Below are positions 30,598 through 39,374 of a stretch of 64,000 nucleotides of DNA, in pieces. A program made the position numbers and the translations under genes. The notes under the pieces are model-generated. The model had not been told where the DNA came from. It worked only from the letters and a program-made list of their open reading frames with translations, and made no database searches. Every line of letters begins with the position of its first letter. Position 1 is the stretch's first letter. This DNA comes from an uncultured Acidobacteriota bacterium (GTDB lineage Bacteria; Acidobacteriota; Thermoanaerobaculia; Multivoradales; JAHEKO01), in the NCBI GenBank assembly GCA_963713825.1, contig CAVQNG010000001.1, forward strand, positions 350,272 to 414,271, written 5' to 3'.

Positions 30598-31167
30598 TTA
30601 GTTGCGGCCTCGGATCACGAAGTGGGCGCGGCGATTCCGCCACCAGCACGCCTCGCTCGTCTCCTGGCATTGCGGCCGTTCTTCTCCAAAGCTGACGATC
30701 TGGATGGGACCGGCTGGAATGCCCAAAGACATGAGGTAGTTCTTGGCGGCATTGGCTCGCCGGTCGCCGAGCGCGAGATTGTACTCGGCAGTACCTCGCT
30801 CGTCGCAGTGCCCCTCGATCAGCATCTGGAACTCGGGATGGGCACGCAGAAAATCGGCGTTCTTCGCCAAGCGTTCTCGGGCCTCGGGTTTGAGGTCGTA
30901 CTTGTCGAAGTCGAAGTAGACATCTCCGAGCAGACCCTGCTCGTAGGCTGCGACGTTCGCGGTCTCGATGTCCTCACTGAAGGGATCGGAGTAGGTCTCG
31001 TCAACGCTTTGCGGCGGCACCGGAACCACGATCTCTTCCACTGGCTCTTGAACCTCTTGGAGCTCGATCGTTTCTGTTGGTGCGGGCTTCTTCTTCGGGC
31101 AACCGACAAACAACAGCGAAACTGCCAAAACTCCTACCCAGACCGTCACCAGGGACTTACGGTTCAT
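30598..31167 (-). CDS. pal: Peptidoglycan-associated lipoprotein
   Basis: FVGC lipobox; VYFDFD, EGHCDERGTAEYNLALGDRRA, NRRA. Confidence 0.95.
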   Translation of the reverse strand: MNRKSLVTVWVGVLAVSLLFVGCPKKKPAPTETIELQEVQEPVEEIVVPVPPQSVDETYSDPFSEDIETANVAAYEQGLLGDVYFDFDKYDLKPEARERLAKNADFLRAHPEFQMLIEGHCDERGTAEYNLALGDRRANAAKNYLMSLGIPAGPIQIVSFGEERPQCQETSEACWWRNRRAHFVIRGRN

Positions 31168-31290
31168 TGAGGCACTCCTTGCTTTCGGAAAGTGGCGTTT
31201 GACGTCCAAATCTGCTTTTTGAAACGAAAACCTCGCGCCAACTTTAGCAGAACGTTCCGCGGACCATCAATAGCGGAGCGAAGATCCGAC

Positions 31291-32685
31291 CTACTCCTTG
31301 AAACCGGACCAGACCGGTGCGGAGTTGTTACCCTCGGACGTCAGTTGCTTTCGGTTGCCGCCCGTTGCATCCATCACATAAATCTGAGTTGTAGTTCTAT
31401 CTCTGGTCGTTCGCTTGAGCGTATAGAGAATTCGACGCCCATCGGGCGAGAACGATGGGGTCTCGTTGCTGCCGCCGCCGTTGGTCAAGAGCCGGCTCTC
31501 CAAGGTGACGACATCCGCCACTGCAACGTCGAAATTGCCGGTACGACGTGACGCATAGACCAGTCGGGTTCCGTCCGGGCTCCAGGCGGCACCGTCGTTG
31601 TAGTTGCCTTCGAAGGTCACCCTACGAAGATTGGCGCCTTCCGCATCCATGATGTAGATCTGGGGAGAGCCGGTGCGGCTCGATGTGAACGCGATCTCTC
31701 TGCCGCTGGGGCTCCAGGCCGGATTCGTATCGATGCCAGAGGAATGGGTCAATTGCTGCAATGCGCTGCCATCCCGGTTGCAGAGGAAGATCTCGGTGTT
31801 GCCGTCGCCGATCGAACGGGCGAATGCCATTTTGAGGCCATCGGGAGAAAACGAAGGTGAGATATTCAATGAGCCCGTGGTGATGACAGGCGTCTTTCGC
31901 CCACTGCTGAGATCCACCAAGTAGATGCTGGGAGAGCCCGAGTAGTAGGAGATATATGCGATCTCGCGTCCATTCGGATTCCATTCCGGCGACATGGAGA
32001 TCGACTTGTGGGCCGTGATGGGGCGCTGATTCGCACCATCGGCGTCCATCAGGTAGATCTCCTTGAATCCACTTCGGTCGGCAGCGAACGCGATGCTGGT
32101 CAGCGCCAGCCCCTGTCGGCCACTGAAGTAGAGAATGATCTCGTCGGCGAAGGTGTGGGCAATGCGGCGGGCAATCGAGGGATCCCCTCTGTACCGCTTG
32201 CCGAGCACGACCTTCCCGCTCGCCAGATCGAAGACCCGGCCCTCGAGAATCAGGCGTCCCTGGTCTTGCTTGACGTCGGCTCTCAGGAGCAACTCGTTGC
32301 GCAGCGACCGGTAGAGCTCGAAATCCCGTTCATCGCTGCCTGTGAGTGTCAGGACAGAAAGCTGCGTTGGCCCTTGCACGTCGAAAACACCGCTCTGATC
32401 GAGATCGGTTCTCAGGGTCTGCTCCAGCAGGTCGGCTGCTTCTCGTACCTGCGGACCGAGAGTCCCCTCCCTCTGAATTGCCGGCATGGCCATTCGAAAC
32501 CGCGACCGTTGACGTCCCTCGAGGACAACGCTGACTTCGGGATCGCTGAGTTGTTCGTCCGTAGGGGGCGTCGATTGCTGGCCAGGGGCAGCGCCGGGGA
32601 CCAACCACAGGACTGCCGCGGTCGAAAGAGATAGGGCAATCGTATTCAAAGCTCGCGTCATGCTGAAGATTCCTTGCCAGTTCAT
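31291..32685 (-). CDS. tolB: TolB
   Basis: RRIAHTFADEI; PD40 repeats (PAWSPSG, PSFSPDG). Confidence 0.93.
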   Translation of the reverse strand: MNWQGIFSMTRALNTIALSLSTAAVLWLVPGAAPGQQSTPPTDEQLSDPEVSVVLEGRQRSRFRMAMPAIQREGTLGPQVREAADLLEQTLRTDLDQSGVFDVQGPTQLSVLTLTGSDERDFELYRSLRNELLLRADVKQDQGRLILEGRVFDLASGKVVLGKRYRGDPSIARRIAHTFADEIILYFSGRQGLALTSIAFAADRSGFKEIYLMDADGANQRPITAHKSISMSPEWNPNGREIAYISYYSGSPSIYLVDLSSGRKTPVITTGSLNISPSFSPDGLKMAFARSIGDGNTEIFLCNRDGSALQQLTHSSGIDTNPAWSPSGREIAFTSSRTGSPQIYIMDAEGANLRRVTFEGNYNDGAAWSPDGTRLVYASRRTGNFDVAVADVVTLESRLLTNGGGSNETPSFSPDGRRILYTLKRTTRDRTTTQIYVMDATGGNRKQLTSEGNNSAPVWSGFKE

Positions 32686-33449
32686 CGAAGAATGAGATTG
32701 ACCCCTAGAGACTTGTGCTGGTAGCTCTGGGGAAGTCGGGGGAAGGGTGCCGCTTGTTGCACGGCCCGTAGGCCAGCCAGATCGAAGGAGTTGTATCCCG
32801 AGGACTGAGAGACCCGCACATCCGAGATAGTGCCGTCCCGACCGATTCGAAAGTGAACCGCAGCTTCGACCTGTCCACCGATCGACGGCCGCAGCCAGTT
32901 GGCGCTGATCATGGCCAGCATTTGATCGACGTAGTAGCTGTAGACGAAGTCCGGGTTATCGAGTCCGCCAACCGTGGCACCCAATGGTGATGTGCCCAGC
33001 GAGCTGCCAAGAGGGGAGCCCAGCCGCTGGCCGAGGTCGGCACCGGACCTCGAGTCCTGTCTGGAACTGGGCTGAGATTGCGGACTCTCTGCAGGCTTCG
33101 GGGTACTCCGTGCGTTCTGGTTCGGTTCGGGCAGCGCAACCTGCTCGGCCGGCAATGGCTCTGGCTCCGGTTCCGGCTCGGCCTCCTGCACTGGTGGCGC
33201 TGGTTTTGGCTTGGCTTTTTGGACGGGGGCTGGAGCAGGGGAAGTGACTCCAAGCGCCTGGACTGGAACGATCTGCACTGCGACGAATTCCAAGGGTTCG
33301 GGATCGCCGGCTGTAACCAGAGGCGCCAGTAGCACAGTCGCGAACAGAAGAACGTGCAAACCGAGGGACAGTAGAACGCTCGGCTTTCGATAAGCCTCGG
33401 ATCCGCTTCGAATGCGGCTCGATAGCAGTGTGTCTAGATTCTGGTGCAC
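32682..33449 (-). CDS. TolA/TonB-like energy transducer
   Basis: SLGLH TM motif, Pro-rich linker, TonB C-terminal domain (SSGYNSFDLAGLRAV). Confidence 0.85.
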   Translation of the reverse strand: MHQNLDTLLSSRIRSGSEAYRKPSVLLSLGLHVLLFATVLLAPLVTAGDPEPLEFVAVQIVPVQALGVTSPAPAPVQKAKPKPAPPVQEAEPEPEPEPLPAEQVALPEPNQNARSTPKPAESPQSQPSSRQDSRSGADLGQRLGSPLGSSLGTSPLGATVGGLDNPDFVYSYYVDQMLAMISANWLRPSIGGQVEAAVHFRIGRDGTISDVRVSQSSGYNSFDLAGLRAVQQAAPFPRLPQSYQHKSLGVNLILR

Positions 33450-33466
33450 GTTGTGGGCGCTATCAA

Positions 33467-33889
33467 CTAGTCGAGCTGTTCTGTGACCATGCCGACCTGG
33501 AGAATGCCGCCCTGGTTCAGGATGGCCAGAATCTCCATGATGGTCCCATAGGGTAGCTCGCGGTCTCCCTTGAGAAAGACGGTGTCTTCGTCGCGCGCCT
33601 CCAGGAGGGGCGCCAAGCGCTCCAAGAGCTGGCTGGGATGGATCGGCTCGTCTTGTACATACACCAGGCCGTCTCGGTTGACTGAGAGAACAAGGGGGTC
33701 ATCCACCCTGAGAGTGATCGGATCGGCGTCGGCCTGCGGCAGGGCGACCTCGATTCCCTGGTGCAGCATCGGAGCCGTGATCATGAAAATGATCAGCAGA
33801 ACCAACATTACATCGACCAGCGGCGTAACGTTGATGTCTGCGAGCTCGGAGTGCTCCTCGTCACCGAGCCCTGAAATGGAAAAGGCCAT
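33467..33889 (-). CDS. tolR: TolR/ExbD
   Basis: INVTPLVDVMLVLLIIFMITAP. Confidence 0.92.
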   Translation of the reverse strand: MAFSISGLGDEEHSELADINVTPLVDVMLVLLIIFMITAPMLHQGIEVALPQADADPITLRVDDPLVLSVNRDGLVYVQDEPIHPSQLLERLAPLLEARDEDTVFLKGDRELPYGTIMEILAILNQGGILQVGMVTEQLD

Positions 33890-33905
33890 CGGTCAGCTCG
33901 CTTTC

Positions 33906-34640
33906 CTAGAGGAAGTTCCTTTCTGCGAGATTGAGGAACTCCAATGTGAAGTCAGTCATCTGGGTCCGAAATTCGCGGATTCGATTGGCAAAGTAGTTGT
34001 AGCCCATGAGCGCGGGGATAGCGGCTCCCAAGCCGAGCGCGGTGTTGACCAGCGCCTCAGCGATCCCAGGTGCTACCGCCACGAGGGAGGTCGAGCCACT
34101 GGCTCCGATGTCCTGAAACGCGACCATGATGCCCCATACCGTTCCGAAGAGACCGATGAAGGGACTGGCGGCCGCGGTGGTCGCCAAAAGCCCGGTGCCA
34201 CGACTCAGAAGCGCCACTTCGACGTTAGTGGCGCGTTTCAGACTGCGCTCCAGGCCCGTCAATGACTTGATTTTGTAGGACTTCTCTGCTTGCGGATGAT
34301 CCTGGTTGTAGGCCTTCACTTGGGCATCGATCTCGATATAGCCAGCACGAAAGAGTCCAACCAGAGGCGAGGCCTGTAATCGATCAGCCTGCGATGCGAC
34401 TTCGCTGAATCTCTGACTCTTGCGGAAGACTTCCAGGAACGAAGCGGTCTGCGACTGGCCCCGTTGGTACTGGAGGTAGCGGGCGATCATTACGGCCCAC
34501 GAAGCGAGCGATAGCCCAATCAAAACGCTCGCTACGAACCAGGCCATCGGTCCACTGCGCGCGAAGAGCTCAAGAATGTTGATGCGGGAGGCACTTTCGA
34601 CCTGTGCCAGGAAAAGCGGAATAGGGATTATCGGTTGCAT
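33906..34640 (-). CDS. tolQ: TolQ/ExbB
   Basis: SPFIGLFGTVWGIM, APGIAEAL. Confidence 0.93.
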   Translation of the reverse strand: MQPIIPIPLFLAQVESASRINILELFARSGPMAWFVASVLIGLSLASWAVMIARYLQYQRGQSQTASFLEVFRKSQRFSEVASQADRLQASPLVGLFRAGYIEIDAQVKAYNQDHPQAEKSYKIKSLTGLERSLKRATNVEVALLSRGTGLLATTAAASPFIGLFGTVWGIMVAFQDIGASGSTSLVAVAPGIAEALVNTALGLGAAIPALMGYNYFANRIREFRTQMTDFTLEFLNLAERNFL

Positions 34641-34905
34641 GGGTCTCCTTGATCAGCGGGCAAAAGGTAGCACGGCTCTCTGAAGGATGTCCATGCGTGG
34701 TGGCCAGTTGAGACGCACTGCGGCATGGTAGACTTGCCGCCGAGCAGCCGCCCGTCGCGACCGTGCGAACGGCTCCGCGTCTTACCGACGGACGGTTCAA
34801 TCTTGGATTACAGCCCTCGGCGTGGAGATCGATTTCGACTCACCAATGATGGGCGCTGATTCGCCATCCACGGATCTCTGAAGCGACTGTGGAGGAAGGA
34901 GGATC

Positions 34906-35700
34906 ATGAGGATCGCCGTCTGTATCAAGCAAGTACCCGATACCGAAGCCCGCCTTCGCCTGACCGGCGACGGCACTTGGATCGACGAAGAGGATCTGTC
35001 GTTCGTGATCAACGAAAGCGACGGCTATGCACTCGAAGAAGCGCTCCAGATCGCCGAGCGCACAGGTGGGGAGGTCGTCGTCTTCAGTCTCGGCCCCGAG
35101 AGAGTACGAGAGGCCCTGCGCAAAGCGCTGGCTCTGGGTGCGGTCAGAGCAGTGCACTTGAAAGACCCTGCTTACCTTGGTGGGGACAGTCTTTCTACAG
35201 GACGCGCCTTGGCTGCTGCGCTGACGCCCGAGGAGTTCGATCTGGTCCTGACGGGCTCTCAATCCGACGATGTCGGTTTTGGCTCGACCGGTTCCGTCAT
35301 TGCCGGCGAACTCGGATGGCCACACGCCTGGCTCGTCATGGGTGTCGAGCTCGACGAAGCGAGCAAGAAGGTGAAAGTATCTCGGGAAATGGAAGCCGGT
35401 ATGAACGAGATCTCCAACCTCGATCTGCCTGCCGTGCTCGAAATCCAGGCCGGATTGAACAAGCCTCGCTATGCCTCCCTGAAAGGCATCATGCAGGCCA
35501 AGAAGAAGGAGATCAGCGAGCCCTCTCCGGGGGACCTGGGGCTCTCGCCGGAGACTCTGGGTGAAGCCGGAGCCAAGGTCGAAGTTCTCTCGGTTGCCTT
35601 CCCCGAGGCTGGGAAGGGAGCTCAGATGATCGAAGGGGATGCAGACACCGCCGCGAAGACCTTGGTTGACAAACTACAGAAAGAAGCGAGGATTCTGTGA
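34906..35700 (+). CDS. etfB: Electron transfer flavoprotein beta subunit
   Basis: VCIKQVPD, PRYASLKGIMQAKKK. Confidence 0.95.
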   Translation: MRIAVCIKQVPDTEARLRLTGDGTWIDEEDLSFVINESDGYALEEALQIAERTGGEVVVFSLGPERVREALRKALALGAVRAVHLKDPAYLGGDSLSTGRALAAALTPEEFDLVLTGSQSDDVGFGSTGSVIAGELGWPHAWLVMGVELDEASKKVKVSREMEAGMNEISNLDLPAVLEIQAGLNKPRYASLKGIMQAKKKEISEPSPGDLGLSPETLGEAGAKVEVLSVAFPEAGKGAQMIEGDADTAAKTLVDKLQKEARIL

Positions 35701-36686
35701 TGTCCGAGAAAATCTGGATCGTTCTTGAGCAAAGAGACGGCAAGATCCACAAAATGTCGTGGGAAGCGATTCAAGCCGGCCAAGCGCTGGCTGCCGCAAT
35801 CGGCGGCACAGCCGAAGCGGTTCTCTTGGGCTCGGATTTGCAGGAGGTTGCCAGTCAGGTTGCGCAGACCGCCCTCGCCTCCGTCCATGTCGCCGACGAT
35901 GAGAGCCTGGCGGTTTACACCCCGGGGCGCTTCGTCACGACACTCGAGAAAGCGATCGCAGTCGGCCAGCCGGCGTATGTCCTTTTTCCTCACACCTATC
36001 AGACGGTCGATTATCTCGCCCGACTCGCTCAGTCCTTGGATGCAGCATTGGTTCCCGAGGCGGTGTCCTTCGAATCCACCGACGGCTCTGTGACCTGGCA
36101 GCGCCCGGTGCTGGGCGGCAAGTTGTTCGCCAAGGTCCGAGCCAAGGGTTCGGGGCCCGTTCTGGTGTCGCTGCAGTCGGGGAGCTTCTCAGCGGACGAG
36201 GTGGAGAAGGGGAGTGCATCGATCGAGACCCTGAGTCTGGACTTCTCGGCCATGGCTCCCGGTCGGGAGATCCTCGGTATCGAAGAAGCTGCTGCTGGCG
36301 ACGTCGATCTGTCGCAAGCCCCCGTGATCGTCTCGGTTGGTCGGGGCATCGGAGACGCAGAGAACATGCCGATCATGCAGCAGTTGGCAGATGCCCTCGG
36401 GGCGGAGCTAGGAGCCAGCAGGCCAGTCATCGACAACGGCTGGCTGCCACGAGACCGTCAGATCGGATCCAGCGGCCAGACCGTCACACCGAAGCTGTAT
36501 TTCGCCGCCGGAATCTCAGGTGCCATTCAGCACCTGGTGGGAATGAAGGGCTCGCAGGTGATCGTCGCGGTCAACAAGGACGCCGGCGCGCCTATCTTCA
36601 ACGTGGCGCACTACGGAATCGTCGGCGACCTGCATGAGGTCGTGCCGGCAGTGACGGCAGCCCTCAAAGAGGCCACGGGAGACTAG
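35697..36686 (+). CDS. etfA: Electron transfer flavoprotein alpha subunit
   Basis: GASRPVID, QIGSSG, GISGAIQHLVGM. Confidence 0.95.
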   Translation: MMSEKIWIVLEQRDGKIHKMSWEAIQAGQALAAAIGGTAEAVLLGSDLQEVASQVAQTALASVHVADDESLAVYTPGRFVTTLEKAIAVGQPAYVLFPHTYQTVDYLARLAQSLDAALVPEAVSFESTDGSVTWQRPVLGGKLFAKVRAKGSGPVLVSLQSGSFSADEVEKGSASIETLSLDFSAMAPGREILGIEEAAAGDVDLSQAPVIVSVGRGIGDAENMPIMQQLADALGAELGASRPVIDNGWLPRDRQIGSSGQTVTPKLYFAAGISGAIQHLVGMKGSQVIVAVNKDAGAPIFNVAHYGIVGDLHEVVPAVTAALKEATGD

Positions 36687-37465
36687 GTCGCGACAGCTCG
36701 GTGTTGCCCGATCTGCCACAGGACAACGCTGGCGGCCACTGTGACGTTGAGAGATTCCACCGGGTCGAGCATGGGAATCGTCACCAAGGAATCGGCACCC
36801 CTGAGCATGGATTCAGGCAGGCCGGCGCCTTCGGAACCCACCATCAGCAGCAACGGAAACTGGGGGCGAAATCGATCGAGAGGGATGCCCTCCCTCGGAA
36901 CCAGGGCCAGTGAAGAGAGGTTTGGAGGCAGCACAGAGGAGGGGAGCTCGGCCGGCTCGACTCCGACCGCGATGGGCAGTCGCAGCAGACTGCCGGCAGA
37001 GGCCCTGAGTGCTCTGGGGTGATTCGGATGAACCGTATTGGCCGAGAGGATGAGAGCGCTGGCGCCGAAGGCTTCGCCGGTCCGCGCCAAAGCACCCAGA
37101 TTTCCCGGATCCTGGATTTGGTAGGCATACAAGAAGACCTCGGACTGTGGCAGCGCTGGTAGATCCGCGAGGCCCCGGCGCGGCAGTCGGACGACCCCGA
37201 GAATCCCCTTCGGCGAGTCCGCATCGCACAGATCCTCGAGGATCGACTCAGCGACTTCAGTCACAGAGGTCGAAAGCTCGGGCAGTAACCTCTCACCCTC
37301 GGCCGAAGCGAGAAATGCAGGCGTCGCAACGATCAGCTCGAGTTTCAACCCGCCCGCGATAGCCTCTTGAACGAGGTGCGGACCCTCGAGGACGGCGTGA
37401 TCGCCTTTACACCGCAAAAACCGGCGAATATCCTTGACCTTCTGATTCTTCGAGCTGACGATCAT
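36683..37465 (-). CDS. TrmH/SpoU-family RNA methyltransferase
   Basis: QDPGNLGALAR, GSEGAGL, ESLNV; likely start MIVSSKN at 37465. Confidence 0.92.
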   Translation of the reverse strand: MIVSSKNQKVKDIRRFLRCKGDHAVLEGPHLVQEAIAGGLKLELIVATPAFLASAEGERLLPELSTSVTEVAESILEDLCDADSPKGILGVVRLPRRGLADLPALPQSEVFLYAYQIQDPGNLGALARTGEAFGASALILSANTVHPNHPRALRASAGSLLRLPIAVGVEPAELPSSVLPPNLSSLALVPREGIPLDRFRPQFPLLLMVGSEGAGLPESMLRGADSLVTIPMLDPVESLNVTVAASVVLWQIGQHRAVAT

Positions 37466-38063
37466 GGAAAGAGATCTTAGGGCCTTCTGGCGCCGCTTCC
37501 AAGATGGTATCGAGATCGCGGTGGCGAGCTCGGCAGCGGACAAGCTGCTGGGAGTCCGCGACGGGTTCGTTCGTTACTTCCATCAGGGTCTTGGACGACA
37601 GCTACCGATAGCCGTGGTTCCCCAGCAGATCGGGGAGCCGATGCTGGGCCTGCCGCTGAGCGATGAAGAGACGATCGAGCTTGCCAGGGACCGAGCGGCC
37701 GAGCTGCGAGAGACGTTCGGTGCTGCGTATCATTTCTATGTTGCCGCTGAAGGAGGCCTGCACTCCATCGAGATCCAGGGCAAGGTCCATTACTTTGTGC
37801 GTGCATGGTCGGTGGTTCTTGGTCTAACTGGCGAAGCCTGGGGAGGGAGCAGTTCGGTCGAGATACCTCAGCGCCTCATCGAAGGTCTGGACGACCAGCA
37901 GGTGCCCTTTGCGATTCCGGGGACGCGGCGAAAGGGTGGCATGACGTCCTCATTGACTGGTGGCCTGGAGACTCGTCGGGCCGCTGTTGGGACGGCCACA
38001 TTCAATGCCGTTTCCTCGGTCCTCTACGGAATTATCGAGAGTCATCCTCTACGTCGCCAGTAG
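37464..38063 (+). CDS. YjjX/DUF84-like inosine/xanthosine triphosphatase
   Basis: PLSDEETIELARDRA, VAAEGGL, GMTSSLTGG..R; divergent N-terminus. Confidence 0.65.
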   Translation: MERDLRAFWRRFQDGIEIAVASSAADKLLGVRDGFVRYFHQGLGRQLPIAVVPQQIGEPMLGLPLSDEETIELARDRAAELRETFGAAYHFYVAAEGGLHSIEIQGKVHYFVRAWSVVLGLTGEAWGGSSSVEIPQRLIEGLDDQQVPFAIPGTRRKGGMTSSLTGGLETRRAAVGTATFNAVSSVLYGIIESHPLRRQ

Positions 38064-38532
38064 GAAGATCTTCGATCGTCAGGTCGGCCGGCTTGTCCCA
38101 GCTCTTACCGTATTTGAGGACGTCGTGCTTCAGGAGATCGAATTCCTTCTGCCTGGCCCCCGGTCGTGCATCTCGATAGACAGTGTCGCAGCGATAGCAA
38201 ACCACCGCCTCTCGCAAGCGATAGTACAAGGCCAGGTCGACCAGGGAGAGGACTACGAGAGACAGTCCGTAGGTCCATGGCACCAGAATGGCCCCGATCA
38301 ACACCAGTAGGCAGCCCAGACCGCGATTGAAGTCGCGCTGACGGTAGAGGTGCCGACAGCCGCAGATAGGACAGACCTCGACAGCCGGTGGATTGTCGCT
38401 CCAACCTTCTTTGTCGACGGCAATCGTGTGCTGGCAGTTATCACAATCGACACTCGAGACTCCCGAATTCAGCCGTGTTTTGAAGGGTAATCCGCAGGAT
38501 TTACACTGAATCCGAATTCTCATGGCTGCCAC
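38032..38532 (-). CDS. Hypothetical zinc-ribbon membrane protein
   Basis: Four CxxC motifs flanking a TM hairpin. Confidence 0.75.
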   Translation of the reverse strand: MAAMRIRIQCKSCGLPFKTRLNSGVSSVDCDNCQHTIAVDKEGWSDNPPAVEVCPICGCRHLYRQRDFNRGLGCLLVLIGAILVPWTYGLSLVVLSLVDLALYYRLREAVVCYRCDTVYRDARPGARQKEFDLLKHDVLKYGKSWDKPADLTIEDLPTGDVEDDSR

Positions 38533-38538
38533 AATCGA

Positions 38539-39354
38539 TCAGACTGGCACGCCGGTGATGACGGTCAAGTAGAGCGCGGTGATCTCGCCGATCAGGCTAC
38601 CCATGACCAGAACATACAGAATTCCGGTGGCCGACTGATTGGCCCTGCGGCGAGCACAACTCAGGGACATGATGGCCAGCAGTAGGGGTATCGCGAGACC
38701 CCACATCAAGCGGAACCAGAAGAACATCCCGTGTCCACTCAGGCCAATGAGAATTCTGAACGGATGGGGCTCGATCAGCGGGTCGACCGAGGCGGCCAGA
38801 GCGATGGATACGGCGACGATCAAGATCCTCAGAACGACGGTTCCGAGAAGGACCTGGCAGAAAATCACCAGGTGCCGAAAGCGCAATCCAGGGACCACCA
38901 GATACCAATGTCCGAGAAGCATGGTGGACAGTGACCACCCTAGCAAGAGGGCAGAGGACACCAGATCTACCGTCAGCAAGAGGCTGCGGTGGGGTAGGGG
39001 AGTGGGGTTGCCAACCATCGCCAGTCCAGCGATGAGGAATGCGGCACCGGCTCCGAGCAGGGCGAGCGCGCCGAGCCAATGGCTCAATTTCCATGCCTCT
39101 CGCCAGATGGCGCCGTAGTAAAGGAATGCGGCTACCACAGCCATCCATAGGGCGGAGGACCCGAGACCGACCAACTCTCCAAAGGGCTCGAGTGGATAGA
39201 AGATCCAGACAGCGACGGACAATCCGAGTAGCCCGAGAATGATCAGCGCATTGGTCTGAAAAAAGCCCCGCCCGAAGTCGGAACCGGGCACCCAGAATTG
39301 AGTCGTCAAAAAGCCTACGATCAGGGAGAGCAAGAAGAGAAAAAAGACTGTCAT
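38539..39354 (-). CDS. Hypothetical polytopic membrane protein
   Basis: About 8 TM segments; MLLGHWYL and QSATGILY motifs. Confidence 0.75.
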   Translation of the reverse strand: MTVFFLFLLSLIVGFLTTQFWVPGSDFGRGFFQTNALIILGLLGLSVAVWIFYPLEPFGELVGLGSSALWMAVVAAFLYYGAIWREAWKLSHWLGALALLGAGAAFLIAGLAMVGNPTPLPHRSLLLTVDLVSSALLLGWSLSTMLLGHWYLVVPGLRFRHLVIFCQVLLGTVVLRILIVAVSIALAASVDPLIEPHPFRILIGLSGHGMFFWFRLMWGLAIPLLLAIMSLSCARRRANQSATGILYVLVMGSLIGEITALYLTVITGVPV

Positions 39355-39374
39355 GAGCTGGTGCGTTTCATCGC

